Source: Acidobacteriota bacterium
GTDB taxonomy: Bacteria > Acidobacteriota > UBA6911 > RPQK01 > JAJDTT01
NCBI GenBank assembly: GCA_965209055.1
Contig: OZ242374.1
Location: forward strand, 2,912,001-2,976,000
DNA length: 64,000 nt
Direction of reading: 5' to 3'
In this document: piece after piece, positions 62,168 to 64,000 of the stretch
Position numbering within the stretch: the first letter of the stretch is position 1
Layout of the letters: each line of letters begins with the position of its first letter
The notes under the pieces: generated by a model
What the model was told of the DNA's origin: nothing
The model's database searches: none
Seen by the model: the letters and a program-made list of their open reading frames with translations, nothing else
Made by a program: the position numbers and the translations under genes

Positions 62168-63256
62168 CTAGTCATTCCCCCTATTTCCTGCCTGTTGCCT
62201 GTTTGTTGCCGGGCGCATTTGTGAGTCTTCGGTAGCCTGTGCCTCCCGAATGCTGGCCAGCGCGTGGGAACTGACGTACCCGGCGTAGCGCATCGTCGTG
62301 CTGATTGCCGAGTGACCCATCAGCTTCTGCACCGTCCTCACGTCCACCCCCTGCATCAGCCAATGGCTGCACCGGAATCGTCTCAGGTCGTGAAATCCGA
62401 CCTTCAACCCCACCCGCTCGGCGGCCCGGCGCAACGGCTTGTCCGGATTCACCCATCTCGTCCCGGTCCGGGTGTTGACGAAGACGTAAGGGGTGTTCAG
62501 GTAGCGAACCAGCCCGGCCAGGTATCCAGCAGCGTACTTCGACAGCGGGATCTCCCTCGTCTCGTCGTTCTTGGTGAATTCCACCCATAGCAGCCTCCGG
62601 GATAGGTCCACCCGTTTCCAGGTGAGCGACAACGCTTCGCCTTTTCGAATCCCCGTCTCGCCGATCACCGCAACCATGGCTTGCAGGTATGGGTTGTCCA
62701 TTGCCCCGACCAGGTCGCGGAACTGTTGAACCGTCAAGGGCCGGAAGACCTTCTTGGGTTCTTTCAGTTTGGGGAATCTCACCAGCGGGTGCGTGTCCAC
62801 TTCCCCGCACTCCAGCGCGTAGGAAAACAGCTTGCTGATGGCGGCGATGTCGCGGTTCACCGTGGCCGGCTGCACTTGCTTCTTTCTCTTGGCGACGTAG
62901 CGGTACAGGTCCTTGCGTTGGAACTCCTTCAGGGGAATGTTCCCCAGCATGGCGTTGAGGCTCTTGAAGGAGAGCGCATAGCGACGCCGGGAGCGCATGC
63001 GAGGTTTGCAGTACTCCTCGAAGAAACGCTCGTAGAAGCTCCGGACCGTCCAGACGGTGCGGTTCCCGCCGGCGAGTTCCTCCTTGAGCTGCTTCCATGT
63101 GCCGTCCAGGATGCTGGACTCGATTCGTGTTTGAAGCGCCTGTGCGCTCCGGTAGTTGGGGGCGTACATTCTGAGCCGACCGGATCCGTGCGGCCAGTAC
63201 TTGCTGACGACATAGCGTCGTCTCCCCCGGCGATCCTTCACCTTGTAGATGCCCAT
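62168..63256 (-). CDS. Phage-type tyrosine integrase
   Basis: AGGAGG RBS; ATVNRD, TGIRKGE, TKN, FHDLRR, MGHS, TTMRY catalytic set intact. Confidence 0.95.
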   Translation of the reverse strand: MGIYKVKDRRGRRRYVVSKYWPHGSGRLRMYAPNYRSAQALQTRIESSILDGTWKQLKEELAGGNRTVWTVRSFYERFFEEYCKPRMRSRRRYALSFKSLNAMLGNIPLKEFQRKDLYRYVAKRKKQVQPATVNRDIAAISKLFSYALECGEVDTHPLVRFPKLKEPKKVFRPLTVQQFRDLVGAMDNPYLQAMVAVIGETGIRKGEALSLTWKRVDLSRRLLWVEFTKNDETREIPLSKYAAGYLAGLVRYLNTPYVFVNTRTGTRWVNPDKPLRRAAERVGLKVGFHDLRRFRCSHWLMQGVDVRTVQKLMGHSAISTTMRYAGYVSSHALASIREAQATEDSQMRPATNRQQAGNRGND

Positions 63257-63414
63257 AGCATCTCCTCCTTTCTGGATCCGGGTTCTTCGCCGTGGGGCGA
63301 ATCCTACCACGGCGCCAGAGAATCGACGTCGGCGTTCAGGTCCTTCAGAGCGAGGACGCGGCGGCGGCTCCATCCAGATCACAACGGCGGGCCGATTTCG
63401 TCCTGGTCCGCGAT

Positions 63415-63586
63415 TCCGGCAAGCCGGAACGGATGACGGACCGGGGGGAACTCTCCCCCCAGACCCCCCAGTGGCGCCCTCAAAGAGTCAGGCTCACCAT
63501 GCCGGACTCTTTTTCACGCGCTCCTGTTTGTCGCGTCCCATATGAATGGGTCCCTCGCGCGGTCTCGGACGGCTTCCAGCCGGGAG
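63415..63586 (+). repeat. Repeat family A copy 2
   Basis: CCGGAACGGATGACGGACCGGGGG...CCCCCCAGACCCC...GGCTCACC.TGCC...GTCCCAT..GAATGGG...CTTCCAGCCGGGAG shared with copy 1. Confidence 0.85.
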
Positions 63587-63914
63587 CAGGATTTCTTTCG
63601 TGGAAGGTGCTGATTGTGGGGTCAGCAAAACGACGCACCCTGTGGGAAATCTCTGATTTTCCACACGGTGGGGAGGCTCGAACCCAGGGCCTCGGCGCTC
63701 ACTGGAAGGGATTTTCAGTTGGTAGGTGTCTCTTCTTCTTGTCCGGTCAAAATCTTTCTCGTAGCTCTGACAGCCACAGCGCGGACAGCGGTAAGCGCGG
63801 CGGCCGCGGAGCTTCTCCACCGCCTGCTTCCTGAGGGCCTCCAGCCGTTCCTGGTTGTTGTGGATATCAGGGATGCTCCTGCATCCCATCTTGCCCGTCA
63901 GGGTGTCATCTCTT

Positions 63915-64000
63915 GCCTTCCCGCTAGGGATAATTTCGACGGGAGCGACCCCCCCAGGGGGTGCTGCGCAAATGTGAATTGCGCAACACCCCCGCGCCCG
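63915..64000 (-). repeat. Repeat family B copy 3 (truncated by the window end)
   Basis: Reverse complement aligns to about 61165-61250. Confidence 0.85.

Overview
GC-rich bacterial chromosome segment. TonB-dependent receptors with an N-terminal carboxypeptidase-regulatory-like domain, many TPR proteins and Tat-exported Gfo/Idh/MocA enzymes suggest Acidobacteriota (inference). Layout: (1) 1-13.4 kb, catabolic cluster with a SelA-like PLP enzyme, a Zn-ADH, five Gfo/Idh/MocA oxidoreductases, an SDR, a TIM-barrel isomerase and a cyclase. (2) 13.4-24 kb, housekeeping genes (bdh, nadK, TPR proteins, DinG/YoaA helicase, glyA, rpiB, proS). (3) 24.4-40.8 kb, dcw cluster mraZ to ftsZ, with a 10-bp-periodic MraZ-box-like promoter and no murB or ddl. 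(4) mutT-like Nudix, D-TA-family enzyme, purN-purM-purF. (5) Tandem duplication of a promoter+TBDR+terminator unit, then SDR, PHP hydrolase, a 14-repeat FG-GAP lipoprotein and a class IV aminotransferase. (6) 58.86-64 kb, mobile region with two intact tyrosine integrases, an integrase remnant, candidate att repeats and a tRNA 5' half. This last region also holds two ~170-bp non-coding repeat families: A, whose hairpins show compensatory changes, and B, which is oriT-like. It is the best candidate for an undescribed system. A GGAG/GTAG-type REP/REPIN family is scattered between genes. All calls come from reading motifs by eye; no database searches were run.
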